DNA from: Azolla caroliniana
Taxonomy: Eukaryota > Plantae > Polypodiophyta
Length of the DNA stretch: 64,000 bases
Direction: 5' to 3'
Assembly (NCBI GenBank): GCA_043228905.1
Contig: JBHGNT010000014.1
Location: 7,688,001 to 7,752,000, forward strand
Shown here: one piece after another, positions 12,740-24,979 of the stretch
How the letters are laid out: the number at the start of each line of letters is the position of its first letter
Numbering within the stretch: position 1 is the first letter of the stretch
Position numbers and translations under genes: made by a program
The notes under the pieces: generated by a model
The model's input: only the letters and a program-made list of their open reading frames with translations
Told to the model about the DNA's origin: nothing
Database searches by the model: none

Positions 12740-13820
12740 ATCCTGTGTTGTTGCCCATCGCCTTCGTCCCCTCGCCGGCACCTTCCTTCTCCTTGGTCTT
12801 ACGTTGCCTCGGTGGCTTGAACTGCCAGGGTCTCCAGAACCAGTGTGGAGGATCCCTCGCCGGCCTTCCATTCGAGATCACCTAAACTGGCAACCATCCT
12901 TCTCGCCTATACTCCCTTTTGGCAACTCCGTGTGCCTTATTCCCTTCGTCTTTGTTTGGCACCGCCTGTGCTGAACACCGTCCCGTACTCATGCTTGCTT
13001 CAGCCCTCGACGACCACTTGCACGATCCTTCTTCAGCTCTGGGTGTGCCTTTCCGGCCTGGCACACCGCTTCATGCTTACCTTGTTGGCCCTTCGGAGAC
13101 CGTAACCGGCCGGTAAAGGTTTCGCACCCCGACTACCCCGTCTTGCCGGCTTTCATTGTTGTCGGGTCCCGTTTCCCGCCGCCACCGTCTTTCTCCTTGG
13201 TCTTACGTCACCTCACCGGCTTGCACTGCCAAGGTCTCCAGAACCGATGTGGGGACCCCATAGGACCAGGTCTCCGTTTCCGCCGTCCCTAATCCGGGTT
13301 TGTCTTTTGTTTGAGTCTCTCCCGACTCTCCTCGTGTCTTCCGCATAGCCGGGTCCCGTGTCCTGCCACCACCGTCCTTCTCCTTGGTCTTACGTCGCCT
13401 TGCCGGCTTGCACTACCAAGGTCTCTGAACCCGGTGTGAGGATCCCATAGGAACGCCTTCCCTTTCTTCTTCATTGTCCTCCTATCGAGCTTGCCGGAAG
13501 GTCCGGTTTTGGTTTGTGGCCGCCTCACCGGCCTCATACCTCCTTGCCGCACCCTTTTGCTTGATCCCGTTCACCTACCGCCACCGTCCTTCTCACTCGG
13601 TCTCACGTTGCAATGTCGGCTTGAATTGCCGGTGTCTCCGGATCGGTGTAAGGATCGCCGTAGGACCGGTCCTCAATCTCCACTTCGTCCCTTGTACCTT
13701 TACCGGATTCATCGTCACTCTCCTTGTTGCATTCTCGCCTCCATATTCCATCTCTTTCGGTCTCACGTTGCCACGTTGGCGAAACTGCCGAAGTCTCTAG
13801 TCAAGATGTGGGGACACCGA
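12740..13820. repeat. Degenerate internal repeats of element B
   Basis: Word ttctccttggtcttacgt..cct..ggcttg.actgcc..ggtctc recurs at ~12787, 13192 and 13378, with more diverged copies at ~13590 and 13755. Confidence 0.7.
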
Positions 13821-16695
13821 TTTCGTAACGACTCGCGACGACTCATCTGGGGCCACCGACCCTTTGAGTGGTGCCGGTGGATAGCATCTTCTCTATGATC
13901 AACCAAGCCCCGCCTGGGCTTGATTCTCCAATGTCCGGAGTTTCGGCTTCGATGCCGATCCTGTCGGACGTGTTCCAAACCCTTCATCACCTCCCTCCAA
14001 TTCCCAACCTTCGCCCGGTCTGTCTTTCTCCCCATGTAAAAGAGGGCAGCTCGTTCCGCACCCTCTTCCGTATCGGCACTCTCATGCCAACTCTGGCCCC
14101 GGTCGAACAATCCACGACCGGATCACGCTCCAATCGAATCGGACTACTGCGCGGTCCGGTCCCCGGTCGGGTCGTTTCTTGGTCTCTTTGTCAACCTTTT
14201 CGCAGGCCATTTCCCATCCTTCTTTGCTGGCATCATGCCAGGACTCCTCGATACCGTCACCCATCTCCTCGGTCTCACATGGGCGTAAGGGCCCGAATGC
14301 CAAGTTCTCCAGAATCGGTCTTGAGGGCTCTTGTCTGTTCCTTCCCCATATCGTCTCGTCGGTGATTCTCAGTCTCTCGCCGTTGCCTTCCTCCTCTTGG
14401 GACTCACATGGGCACTCGGGCCCGATTGCCATTGTCTCGGGAGCAAGTGTGGGAAGACATGCAGAATCACCCATCCTATTTACGCCCTTGTCCGTAGCCA
14501 CCGGCTCCTCATGGTCGGTGGTCGTCTCCTTACCGATCGCGCAAGCCCTGCCTGGCCTTGCTTCTCCAATATTCGGAGTTTCGGGCAGACGTGCCCAAAA
14601 CCGCCGGTCCCAACGTTCTAATTCCACGATCAGTACCTCGGCCGTTCTATCTCCGCAGGCTGAGAGGGCATTTTGTTCTACATCCTCTCCCATGGTACCG
14701 TCGTACCAATCTTTTGTCATCTCGTGGGGCAGGTCCGTCTCCTCGGCGTCGGTTTGCGGCCTCGATCTTTCCTCTTCCTCAAGCATCACCTCAAGAGTTG
14801 CGTACGCCTTCGCAATCCTGACCCCCAAGCCGAGCCTTGCTGACTCTCTTTGTCATTCAACCTCTTCCCGCTATGATGGCGCGCCGTCGTGCGCCTTTCT
14901 CTTAGCCTTCTCGGCCCATTCCTCATCTAGCCGTTGGCATACCCTTCCGACCTTCAACCAGTCCTCCGTAAGGCCATTCGCTCCGTCATCGTCTTCGAGC
15001 TCAATCCCGATGGCCTCCCGTTCTGTTTGGTCAATCGACTTAACGAACAATAGAACTTTGTCCGCCCCCACCAAACCTTGTTCCCGCTCCTGGAGCCGAG
15101 CAAGCCCCGATAGGTCTTCGCCGATGCCACCCATTGGTCTTCGCCGATGCCACCCACTGGTCGACGCCGCATCGTCCCCGGCTCTTCCATCGTCCTCCAT
15201 ATGCTTGCAGGAGTGCCTCTTCGAAGGCCTCCCACGAACTATGAGCTTCTTGAAGCTCCTTCACTTCCGCGTGCATACGGACGACAACGACCCAATAGAA
15301 GAACTCCAGCCCAATGCCTCGTCTATGTCTCGCTCCTCCATTTCCACGTTGTAGGCTTCCAAGTAGAATGGGACCTTGTCCCCGTTGAAACGGCTGACAC
15401 TTTCAACCACTCACTCAACAGCCTGTTGCGCCATCTATCTTCTTCTTGTTTCTCGTCCAAACTCCCTCACCGCTTCGACAAAAAGTTGCATGAAATCGTC
15501 TTCTTCCAGCTCCATTCTCCCTTCACTTCAGGTTCACCAAATATGTCGTGTTATTACACGCGTGCGTGTAGAAGGGCGGGACCACGGGGGTCTCAGACGA
15601 GGGACAAAAGGGATGCCAAGAAAACCGACTCCTAACACGACCCGGGGGCAACCGAACACGAGACAGAGAGAGTATGCATGCGACGTCGACTCTTATGCAC
15701 AGGAAACAAAAAGGGCTATACACCCGACACCACCAGAAACACCAATATGCACAAATAGATGTAAGTGTATATATTACGAAGGGGAAAGATACAACCCTGG
15801 CTTCGAGCCGAGTACGCTCAAAAGAAGAGAAGTTAGTCCTCGACAAAATTGGTATACCCTCACGACTCAAAATGGGCAACCCCTTCACAAGTGACCCCTC
15901 CCTTCCTTTTATAGCCCAAGGAGGGAGGGACATTACAATGTGGGATAAATACACCCCCCCCCCCCCCCATTTATTCTATACACCATTTTCGTACTATACA
16001 TGTGCACATGTTGCACACCACTGACTTGCCCATTCCACCCCGATTTCACACTATAGCCGGAAATCTTCACGACAATGTAATCGTCAGATTTTGTTGATTG
16101 TTGTCCTTATGCTATTAGTATCTCAAAAACATGCTTTAAACTCATTTATAAACTCTTCAAAATTGTTTAATAATGGAGATTCCTTTTCTAACAACGAAGC
16201 AAACCATGCCAAAGTTGAGCCACTTAACAAAATGCCTACTAGACCCACTCGTGATGCATCGGTGGGATATCGGGAAGGATGCATTTGAATGATTAATCAT
16301 ACCTTATTAAGGAATCCTCTAAACTGTGATCGCGCTCCATCAAATTTCATAGAAAGGCCAATCTTGAGTTCTTTATGAATCCCTTGCGTACTTGGTCCTT
16401 GTTGTTGCAACGCTAGAATGCTCGCTTCGAGCTATTGCACGCGTAACTCTAGTTCCCCATGTTGTTGTTGTGTTTGCGGCTTTTCTAAGGAGATTTGTTG
16501 AAGCTCCCCCAACAATCGTTGATTTTCTTGTTCCAATGCAAGAAACTTCTCTTTCAAGCATTGCAACTCTAAGAAAACGGATTTATATTCTTGAGCACTA
16601 ACAGTGGCCATAGTATGAGAGAAAAGAGGAATAAGATATTAGTATGAAGGGAGGGAGAAGTAATAAGATAAAAGGAAGAGAAGGAAGGAGACTAG

Positions 16696-16963
16696 AAATC
16701 GGTTCAACATGTCAGGAACAATACTAAGACAGAGAAGGAATTAGTACTAAAAGATGAGGATTACTACTAAGGGATGTGTAGAACTCTCGGGAGAAGGAAA
16801 GAGTGAGTGAGACAGAGAGCGAGAGAGAGAGAGAGAGAGAGATAGAATGATGATAACAAAATATATATATTATGTGAAGAGAATATACAGTAGTAGCTAG
16901 GAGGCTTAAGACTAGCGTTGAACCGATTTGGTTTGAAATAATGCCTTGTGCCTCCTTTTATAG
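16696..16963 (-). promoter_or_regulatory. Self-priming PBS and TATA box of T2
   Basis: aaatcggttcaac (16696-16708) is the exact reverse complement of gttgaaccgattt (16917-16929). TATAAAA on minus at 16962-16956. Confidence 0.8.
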
Positions 16964-17177
16964 TGTTCTTAGGAGTACTCCTGAAGTTTCTAGAATGTTC
17001 TAGAGAAATCTGGAATATACATCTATTTTCTATAGTAAAATAATATCTTTTATATTATAATATATAGTCTAATGGTCAAGAGCTCGACCCATGTAACATA
17101 AGGTCATGGGTTTGAATCTTGCCATATCATGACACTGTGTAGCTCCTCTCCGGCTCCCGCACTTGCATTGCCTTCAC

Positions 17178-17323
17178 CATATATGCATACTAATGCACCA
17201 TGTATTCATTATACCTATCCTGGATTATGGGGTTCTTCTTGTGGGTGAATCATATATGCATACTAATGCACCATGTATTCATTATACCTATCCTGGATTA
17301 TGGGGTTCTTCTTGTGGGTGAAT
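17178..17323. repeat. 73-bp tandem duplication
   Basis: catatatgca...gtgggtgaat at 17178-17250 and 17251-17323. Confidence 0.9.
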
Positions 17324-17644
17324 CAGTGCTTCATCTTGAGAATTTGGAAATTATGGATTTAATGGGGTCGAAGAAGGAAATTCGTTGAATATGACATCTT
17401 GTTTAACTTGGACCTACTTCATTCGGGGTTTATAACATTTATAACCCTCTTGCTCGTTCAAGTAGCTGACCAGAATGCATTTCTGAGCTTTGGTGTCCAA
17501 CTTCGTCCCCTTCTCTTTCGGCACATGCACATATGCGATGCTGCCCAACACCCTCAAGTGTCCCAAATTCGGCTTCTTCCCGAAGTACAACTCATGTGGC
17601 AACACTCCTCCGTTTATAGAAGTCCAATTTTGCAGGTATACAAC

Positions 17645-18050
17645 CATCCAAATGGCTTTGGCCAGTAGAACTTGGGCATATTCTTCTCCTCTAGCATCAC
17701 CCTAGTCGCTTCCTCTATCGTCAGATTCTTTGACTAGGGTCATATATTTGCAGGAAAATTCGCATCGAATTCCGCCATCCGGATGGCTTTGGCCAATAGA
17801 ACTTGGGCATATTCTTCTCCTCTAGCATCACCCTAGTCGCTTCCTCTATCGTCAGATTCTTCGACTTGGGTCATATATTTGAAGGAAAATTCGCATCGAA
17901 TTCCGCCATCCGGATGGCTTTGGCCAGTAGAACTTGGGCATATTCTTCTCCTCTAGCACCACCCTAGTTGCTTCCTCTATCGTCTGATTCTTCGACTTAG
18001 GTAATGTCGTTTTGCTTCAGCATATATTTGCAGGAAAATTCACATCAAAT
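17645..18050. repeat. 131-bp tandem triplication within integrase
   Basis: catcc(g/a)(g/a)atggctttggcca.tagaacttgggc starts at ~17645, 17776 and 17907. Confidence 0.85.
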
Positions 18051-18561
18051 TCCCTCTTTGTACTCTTTCCCACCATAGGTCCCAAGGCATTTGATCTTTC
18101 AGCCAGTCTCCTGTTCGGCAAGGTTGTTTACCTTCAAGAAATAGGTGACTTCTGAGCTCTTCTTCTTGATCAAGCATGCCTAGCTATGCCGAGTGTAGTC
18201 ATCGATGAAAGTTACAAAGTAATGGCTACCACTAACGCTCACATTCTGTGACGGTCTTCATACATCGGAGTTGATTAAATCAAGCTTGTTACGACCCCGA
18301 TTACTCTCATTGGGGAGTAATTGGCAAGCTTCACATATTTGGTCTTTTCGACTACTGAATCGATGTAGGCCAAAAACCACATGTTTCGCCTACATCTCCT
18401 GAAGCTTGGGGAAGTTGACATGCCCCACTCGCTTGTGCCACGGGTTGATATCCGATTCGAGCTTGTAGAAAAAAAGATATGAAAGCTTGTACATAGACAC
18501 AGTCGGTTGAGCCGAACAGTGACAACAGATAGGTAAAATACAAAGAATGGAAAAATACACA

Positions 18562-18592
<31 letters not shown>

Positions 18593-18739
18593 TAAGCAAA
18601 CAAGTAAATTCAAAAATTGACAACACTCTGCACATCAAAATGTGTTTAGTGAGCACTCTTTATACAAGTCCTCAAAAGGACTGATAAAAGTACTTATAGG
18701 TACTTCAATGCTCATTACTAAGAATTGGAATATAGGCAT

Positions 18740-18930
18740 GTTGAGTGAGCAAGCTCAACATGGGCTAGACTGGCTAAACACACTACCACCAGTTCGGGTC
18801 AGATATGATATGGCTAACTAGGCCCACTGAGGCTGATGAGCCGAAGCTCCAAACTAGGTTCTAAACCGGCTAGAGGAGCTAGAAGCCGGATCCGGATGAC
18901 GGAGTGGTTGCGAAAGCTTATCTGGAACGT
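18740..18930 (+). mobile_element. Truncated LTR start of the Copia A family in the opposite orientation
   Basis: tgttgagtgagcaagctcaac matches the reverse complement of the Copia A LTR end gttgagcttgctcgctcaaca with one mismatch. Confidence 0.55.
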
Positions 18931-21402
18931 CACACGTGGCGAGTAGGCCTATTTTAGTAAATAAGACTAATATAGGCAATTAGTGTGAGAGCCTCTTTTA
19001 AGAGCATTGAAGTACATGTCGGTACTTCATCACAGTCCTGTTAGATGGGCTTGCATATATAAAGTGTGGCTCAGGAGGAGTCGTAGGCTGCGGCGGTTGC
19101 AACATTGTCTCCGGAATTTCTTTGGCCGACCACTACTCCATAAATTCTGCGTCGAGGAGGGGGTGCAAGGGTTGCTCGTCGGACTCGTTGTCAGGGAGCA
19201 ATATTGTCTCCAACACCTTCTCATTGTCCTGCTCCTTTTCTTCCTCTACCTGTTCGGTCTTATAGGCCTCCATTTCCAAGGCGCAATCAATTTGATCTTC
19301 GCCGAAAGCCTCCAAGAGCTATGCGACTGCCTCTGTGTGACGCACCGCAAACGCTTTGTAATCCTCTGTGAGGTCAGCCCAAACGGTGCCCTTTCCTTCC
19401 TATGATTATAAAAATCGTGACCTTTCCTTCCTATGATTCAGAATCTCTTGGTCCACCCCAAAGGTGTGGAGTTCGGCAACTGGTGTGGACCAGTGTTCCC
19501 AGCCTCACTGTATCCGGTCAGTTATCATTTGGAAGGCATTGTCTTTGCATCTCTTCAGCAATGTTTGGATCCGCGCCTCTGGCATTTCCGTTTTCGTGTG
19601 CATGTGCTCGATGGTGGTTTCGAGCTATTTGATTATGCTAGTGGCGCAACCCGATTGTAATGCATACCTATCTTGAATGTGGCCCATGTTCATCCGCAAG
19701 ATGTCCATCTCCCTTGTGTGTACCTCCTCCATTTGAGCCATTTCATTTCATATGAGTTGGATTTCCACTGCCAATTTTTTTCGGCCATCATCTGCCCTTC
19801 ATACCATTCTTTTTGTTTTAACTTCACCTCGCGAAGTTCTACTATCGTCGTTTCGGCATAGATAGTAGCCCCTTTTTGTTCGTCCAGGGCTATGAGGGTT
19901 CGGTTGTGCACAATCATACATGCATCGACGTTGTCCTAGAGAGTTTTCGCATTTTTTGAGCCATGGACCGAACACCTTTCTCACAATCCGAGGAATACCG
20001 AAGCTCCGTTTGGAGCCGCTCGATTTCTAATTCCGCGAGTGCAGCCGATCTCTTTGCTTTAGTCGCTATTGCTTATTTTTCTTTGACCTCTTCGCGCAAT
20101 GCACGGCCTTCATCTGTGGAGGAGCCTTCAGGGGGGTTGCGTCTATGTAGCTCGGCCACCTTGTCTTGCAGCTCCGAGACCGACCTAGGCCAACTCCTGG
20201 TGAACTTTGACTAGGGCCATATTCAAGGTTGGCAATTCGATTGCCATGTGACTACCGTTTGTGTGTCGTTTCCTGCCGATTTCGCTCAAGGCATTCTCGT
20301 TTTCCAGCTCAATGTGGCTATCAATTGCACGCTGGATCATTTGTCTCTTGGCATGCTCTTTGGCCAAGCGTTTGGTCACTGTGACTTGCTGCATCACCAG
20401 GAATTCGACGAGTTCGAACGACGTGCCGAATGGTAAGATTTTCGTGAATTCATGTGCAATAGCCGGAATTTCTCTGTAGGCGAGGACTTTGCTCTCAGAA
20501 ATAAGAGATCTCTTCCCTCGTTCCAGCTTCTCGGTCAATGGCGTTCCTTCGGTCGTATCTGGAACGACTGTTGTTGGTGCCTCCAGGGGTGCCTCTATGG
20601 TCGGCTTCGATGTTGTGTCTTTTGCCAGGCCTTGTCCATTGTTTTGATCCAGACGGTGATGTTTCGGTTGTGGACTTTGAGTAGGCTCCTCCCTATTCTG
20701 TTCGGTTCTCTGGAGGTCCGGCTCTACGGTTTCTTGCTGGCGCGGTTTTTTGAGGGTGCTCCATTTCTTCTTCTTGCCACTCAATTAGTCAGAGTTCACT
20801 GACTCATTTCTTTCGGCCGGAGGTGGGCATCTGTGTTGCTGCTTGGCTGGCCGGATTGGGTGGTGGAAGCGTTGTGATAGACGGAAACAGTATTGTCAAG
20901 TACTGTGCGATGATGGGGATCAATTTCTTCCCTGTCTGGAGGGCTATGAGTCTTGCTCATAAGGCCACACCTGTCACATATCCCTAGTCGATGGGGGCTT
21001 CCTCATAGGTGGCGATGATCAACCCCGCTTTATGCTTCAGCATCCCGTACGATTTCGGGTGCACGTAGGCGACTTCCAGCATGAACTTGGCGGAAGCTGA
21101 GTACTCGCCGAAATATTTTTCGAGGACAACGGTTTGCAGAATCTCTAGGCACCGGTCTCCAAGCAAACTAAGGTTGGGTTTCTTGTGGACCATGGCATTT
21201 GTGATGCTATCAATATTAATCTTGGCGACGATGTGCATCACGTTGGGATGAGGCTAAGCCTCAATGATGCGGATGTAACCTTCCAAGCCATGAGCGGCAA
21301 GACATTGTCGAAGAGCAGGCAAAATCTCTATGGCCATGCGCATGAATGAGTCATGGATTGAGTGTTGAGGGTGAGCCTGAGTAGATGTTTGCAAGCGAGG
21401 AG

Positions 21403-24400
21403 TGTAGAATTCAGCAACTATACAAATAGAGATTGATTACTAGAGAGAGAGGTCACACATACACAAAATTGTTCTATACACAAATGGCTTGTTTATAGAG
21501 ATGATGGACAAAAAGTTATGTCTCTTCAATGAAGAGTTTTCTCTAAAGTCTAATAATAAATAACTCTTCGTAATTACTAAAATATTTCTAATTAATAATA
21601 GTGTAATATTTAGGTTAAAAATTTTCACACCCCCCCTTAAGCTAAATATTATTTTATTCAAAAGTATTGTCGTTTGAAGAATAGTTTGGCATTGTTAGAA
21701 CAATCTTTCGGCAGCAAGTGACATGCTTTGTTTGAGGTATTTGCTTTGTTAGAAAATAGGCCCACATTAGTGTTGTGGACACATACTTCAAATCTAGCTT
21801 CTTCTCTTCGATTAAGTCTCATAGAAAATGATGCTTGAAAGAGACATGTCGAATATTATCGGTCATTTTCAGATTACAAGCTAACTTTATACATGATTGA
21901 TTATCACAATGAAGGATTAACTTTGAAGTCTTAAACAATTTAAGTTCTTCAAGTATAGAATGAATAAATATTCCTTCTTTAGCAGCAAGTGCAACAGCTA
22001 CATATTCAGCTTCCGTTGAACATAGAGCGACCATTGTTTGCTTCTTAAACCTCCATGCTATAGCGCCTTTGGTGAGAAAATATACAAAACCACTTGTTGA
22101 CTTACGACCATCAATATCTCCTCCCCAATCTGAGTTCATCCAACCAGACAATTGTGATGGATTGGTCTATCCTTCAGGATTCATGTTGATGGACTCTGAT
22201 TGCAATTTGGAGTAACTTAACACCATATCTTTTATTCGGTTTAGGTAATGTAGTAGTCGTTTTAATGCTTGCCAATGTTTTGTTCTAGGATCCTACATAA
22301 ATCTTGAAAGAATTCTAGTGGTGAAACATAAATCAGGACGTGTAAAACTAACAAGGTAGTGTATACATCCAAGAATTTTCTTGTAAGGAACATTGAGCAT
22401 TTCATCTCGTTCTTTGATAGTTCTAGGAGCATCTTCGATTGATAATTTCCATGGAGTTGACATGGGTGTAGAGATAGGCTTCAAATGTAGCATGTCAAAA
22501 CGTTTTAATACACTTTCAATGTATTGAGTTTGGGAAAGAGAAATGGTTCCTTTGGCATGATCTCTTTGTAGGTTCATTCCAAGGAAATACTTCATTGGAC
22601 CAAGGTCAGTTATTGGAAAAGTTTGTTGAAGTTCCTTCTTCGCAAGTCATAAATACGTGAGTGAGTTGGCAAGTAGAGGTAAGTCATCGACATAAACACC
22701 GATTATGATGAAATTATTCTTAGCTCTTTTAATGTATACATTTGGTTCGTTTATAACCATTGTTAGTTAGAAAATTATGAAGTCGATGATACCAAACTCG
22801 TGGAGATTGTCGAAGACCGTATAAGGATCGATGTAAGTGACATACAACATGTGTTCGAGTTGAATCTTCAAAATGCGGTGGTTGTTGCATATAGACCTCT
22901 TCTTTGAGTTCTCCATGAAGGAAAGTGGTTTGAACATCTAAGTGATGGAGTTCCAAATCAAGTTCGACGACGAGAGAGACGAATATGTGAAATGTGGTAC
23001 TTCGCAGTGTATGGCTAAATGTATCTTTGAAGTTTATTCCGAGTATTTGCGAAAAACCACGAGCTACGAGACGCACTTTAAAATGTATAATATTTCCAGT
23101 AGCATCGGTAGAACCCACTTACAATTAACAATTTGTCGATCAGGTGGTCGATCAACAAGGCTCCAAGTTTTGTTCTTTAATAAGGTTGTCATCTCCTCTT
23201 CCATGGCTGCTCTTCATTTAGGACCATCGGTACCAGACAACACTTCTCGAACCGTAATAATTAATTCATTTGCGGTATCCAGTTCTTCTTCAACTATGAG
23301 AGCATCCATATCGAGGTCCACAAAGTGTGCCTCGAATTGGTCAAGTTCCTTATAGATATCGAACAAGGAGCGCGTACGGTGAGGTGGTGAGTTGTTATCA
23401 TATGAATTTGGATAGTCTTACGATGATTGTGATTTTGAGCTGGTTGAAAAATCACTAGTGATGTCGGGTGAGTGAAGATGAAATGGTGGAATGACTTGAT
23501 GGGTTTGAGAGCTTTCAAGAGCATATTGAGTAGAGTTCGAGCAATTTGATAAAGAGAGTGGTAAAGTGTTGAATGTATTTAACTGTTGTGAAGACGAGGT
23601 TGATATAGAAGGTGTGTGTGTGAGGTCATCATAATGTGTAGAGTTGGATGGTGTGAAACCAATATCAAGATGTGGGTGTATGTAGTTAGTTTGTTTAGGT
23701 TGGGTAGTTCTTTTATGTTGGTTGGTTAGTTTTAAAGGTGTATTTTTTTTTTATTAACTTTGAATTTTAGTGTTGGTTTTTTATCTAGACGGAGTCGAAC
23801 GGGAGGAATTCTTGAAGCAGAGGAGATGGGAGGAGATGCAAGTGGTCGATGTGCAGGAGAGATTGGAGGACATGGAAGGGGTAGATGTAGTGGATGATTA
23901 GCGTAAATAAAGGGGGTAGGGATTACCACATAACGATTGACAACATCGGGGACTTCATCAAGCTAAGAGGCGGTGATGATATTGGCGGGTTTCTTCAATC
24001 GATTGCGAGCGGCGATAACAACAGCATCAACATTATTTTGTCAGTGGGCAGTGGCAGTTCTCTTTGAAGGGCGGCGATTATCATCATCAACGATGTTGTG
24101 TTGGTGGCAAAAGGCAGCATCGGCGGCGATGTTGTTTGGGAGGCGGTGGTCGTCAGCAGCAATGTTCTGTTGGCAAGAGGAGGAGGCGGTGAAGCTGGTT
24201 GGGAGGGGGTGGAAGTCAGTCGTGGCATTGTTCTATTGGCATCAGAAGTGGATGGCAACTGTGTTGTTTCGGAAGCGGCGATAGTCAGCAACCGCGATGT
24301 TCTTTTGGCGGTAGAAGTCGATGGCATCAGTGCGGCAATGTTGTTTGGAGGGCAGCAAACATCATCAGCAACATTGTTGTCTGGGCCGTAGAAGGCGGCA

Positions 24401-24979
24401 GCGGCGCTGTTTAGAGGGCAGCGTACATTAGGGGCAACGTTGTTATGAGATTGGCGAATGGTGGCGGCATCATCATCTAATTGTTTGCTTCCTTCTCAAG
24501 TAGTCATTTTAAGGTTATGTGTTGGTGTCGTGGATGCAAGAAAAGGTGACTCATCAAATTTGACAGTACGACTATAAAAGAAAGTGTTCTTGGTTAGGTC
24601 GAATAACCGGTAAGCTTTGCAGTCGTTTGCATCTCCGTATCCAACAAAATTCACTTTTCTAGCTCTTTGTTCTAACTTGGATCGTTTTTCAGCAGGAACG
24701 AAGGCATATGCAAGGCAACCAAAACTTTTAAGATCTTGCATATGCACATACACAAATAGAGATTGATTATTAGAGAGAGATCACACATACACAAAATTGT
24801 TCTATATTGATTGTATTGTATTACATTAGCCAAATGGCTTTTTTATAGAGACGGTGGACAAAAAGTTATGTCTCTTCAATGAAGAGTTTTCTCTAAAGTC
24901 TAATAATAAATAACTCTTCGTAATTACTTAAATATTTCTAATTAATAATAATGTAATATTTAGGTTAAATATTTCCACA
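21403..24979 (-). mobile_element. Ty1/Copia element with gag, protease and most integrase deleted
   Basis: LTRs 21403-21629 and ~24750-24979, perfect 5-bp TSD AGGAG (21398-402/24980-84), PPT 21638-21630. RT (FKVRLVARGFSQ, HLDVQTTFLHGEL, YVDD) and RNase H (SDWGGD, STEAEY, CDNQS). Confidence 0.9.

Larger units (their letters stand above)
11033..16074 (-). mobile_element. Non-autonomous gag-only Gypsy LTR element B (tRNA-Trp PBS)
   Basis: LTRs 11033-11640 and 15544-16074 (TGTCG...CGACA; the left copy has ~88 extra bp at ~11329-11417). TSD acgt/atgt, PBS TGGTGAACCTGAAGTGAA 15539-15522, PPT 11650-11641. Degenerate gag ~15520-14871 (RFNGDKVPFYL; DKVLLFVKSID..ELEDDDGANGLTEDW), followed by acidic and basic repeats; no pol. 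Confidence 0.88.
10487..17134 (-). mobile_element. Ty3/Gypsy chromovirus-like (Tcn1/Tf1-type) element T2, 5' part; host of element B and of Copia A
   Basis: 5' LTR 16710-17134 (TGTCA...TGACA). gag ~16600-16075 continues at 11032-10487 (LRQGDSPASAY..DFR; MEQFRYGL; CDNRLFER; PMEID; CLYCSGPGH knuckle). Homologous to the T1 gag. Confidence 0.85.
17135..18720 (-). mobile_element. Ty1/Copia fragment G (Copia A-related): integrase pieces plus partial LTR
   Basis: PHELYFGKKPNLGHLRVLGSIAYVHVP and WHKRVGHVNF motifs. 18480-18715 resembles the Copia A LTR (aaggactga..aagtact..aggtacttcaatgctcat). Confidence 0.8.

Noticed and set aside
14179-15354. 391-aa plus-strand ORF
   Set aside because: Ser-rich antisense shadow of the acidic gag region of element B; no recognisable domain.
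23940-24480. GC-rich degenerate repeats with small ORFs
   Set aside because: Low-complexity linker between integrase and RT of the Copia, not a separate gene.
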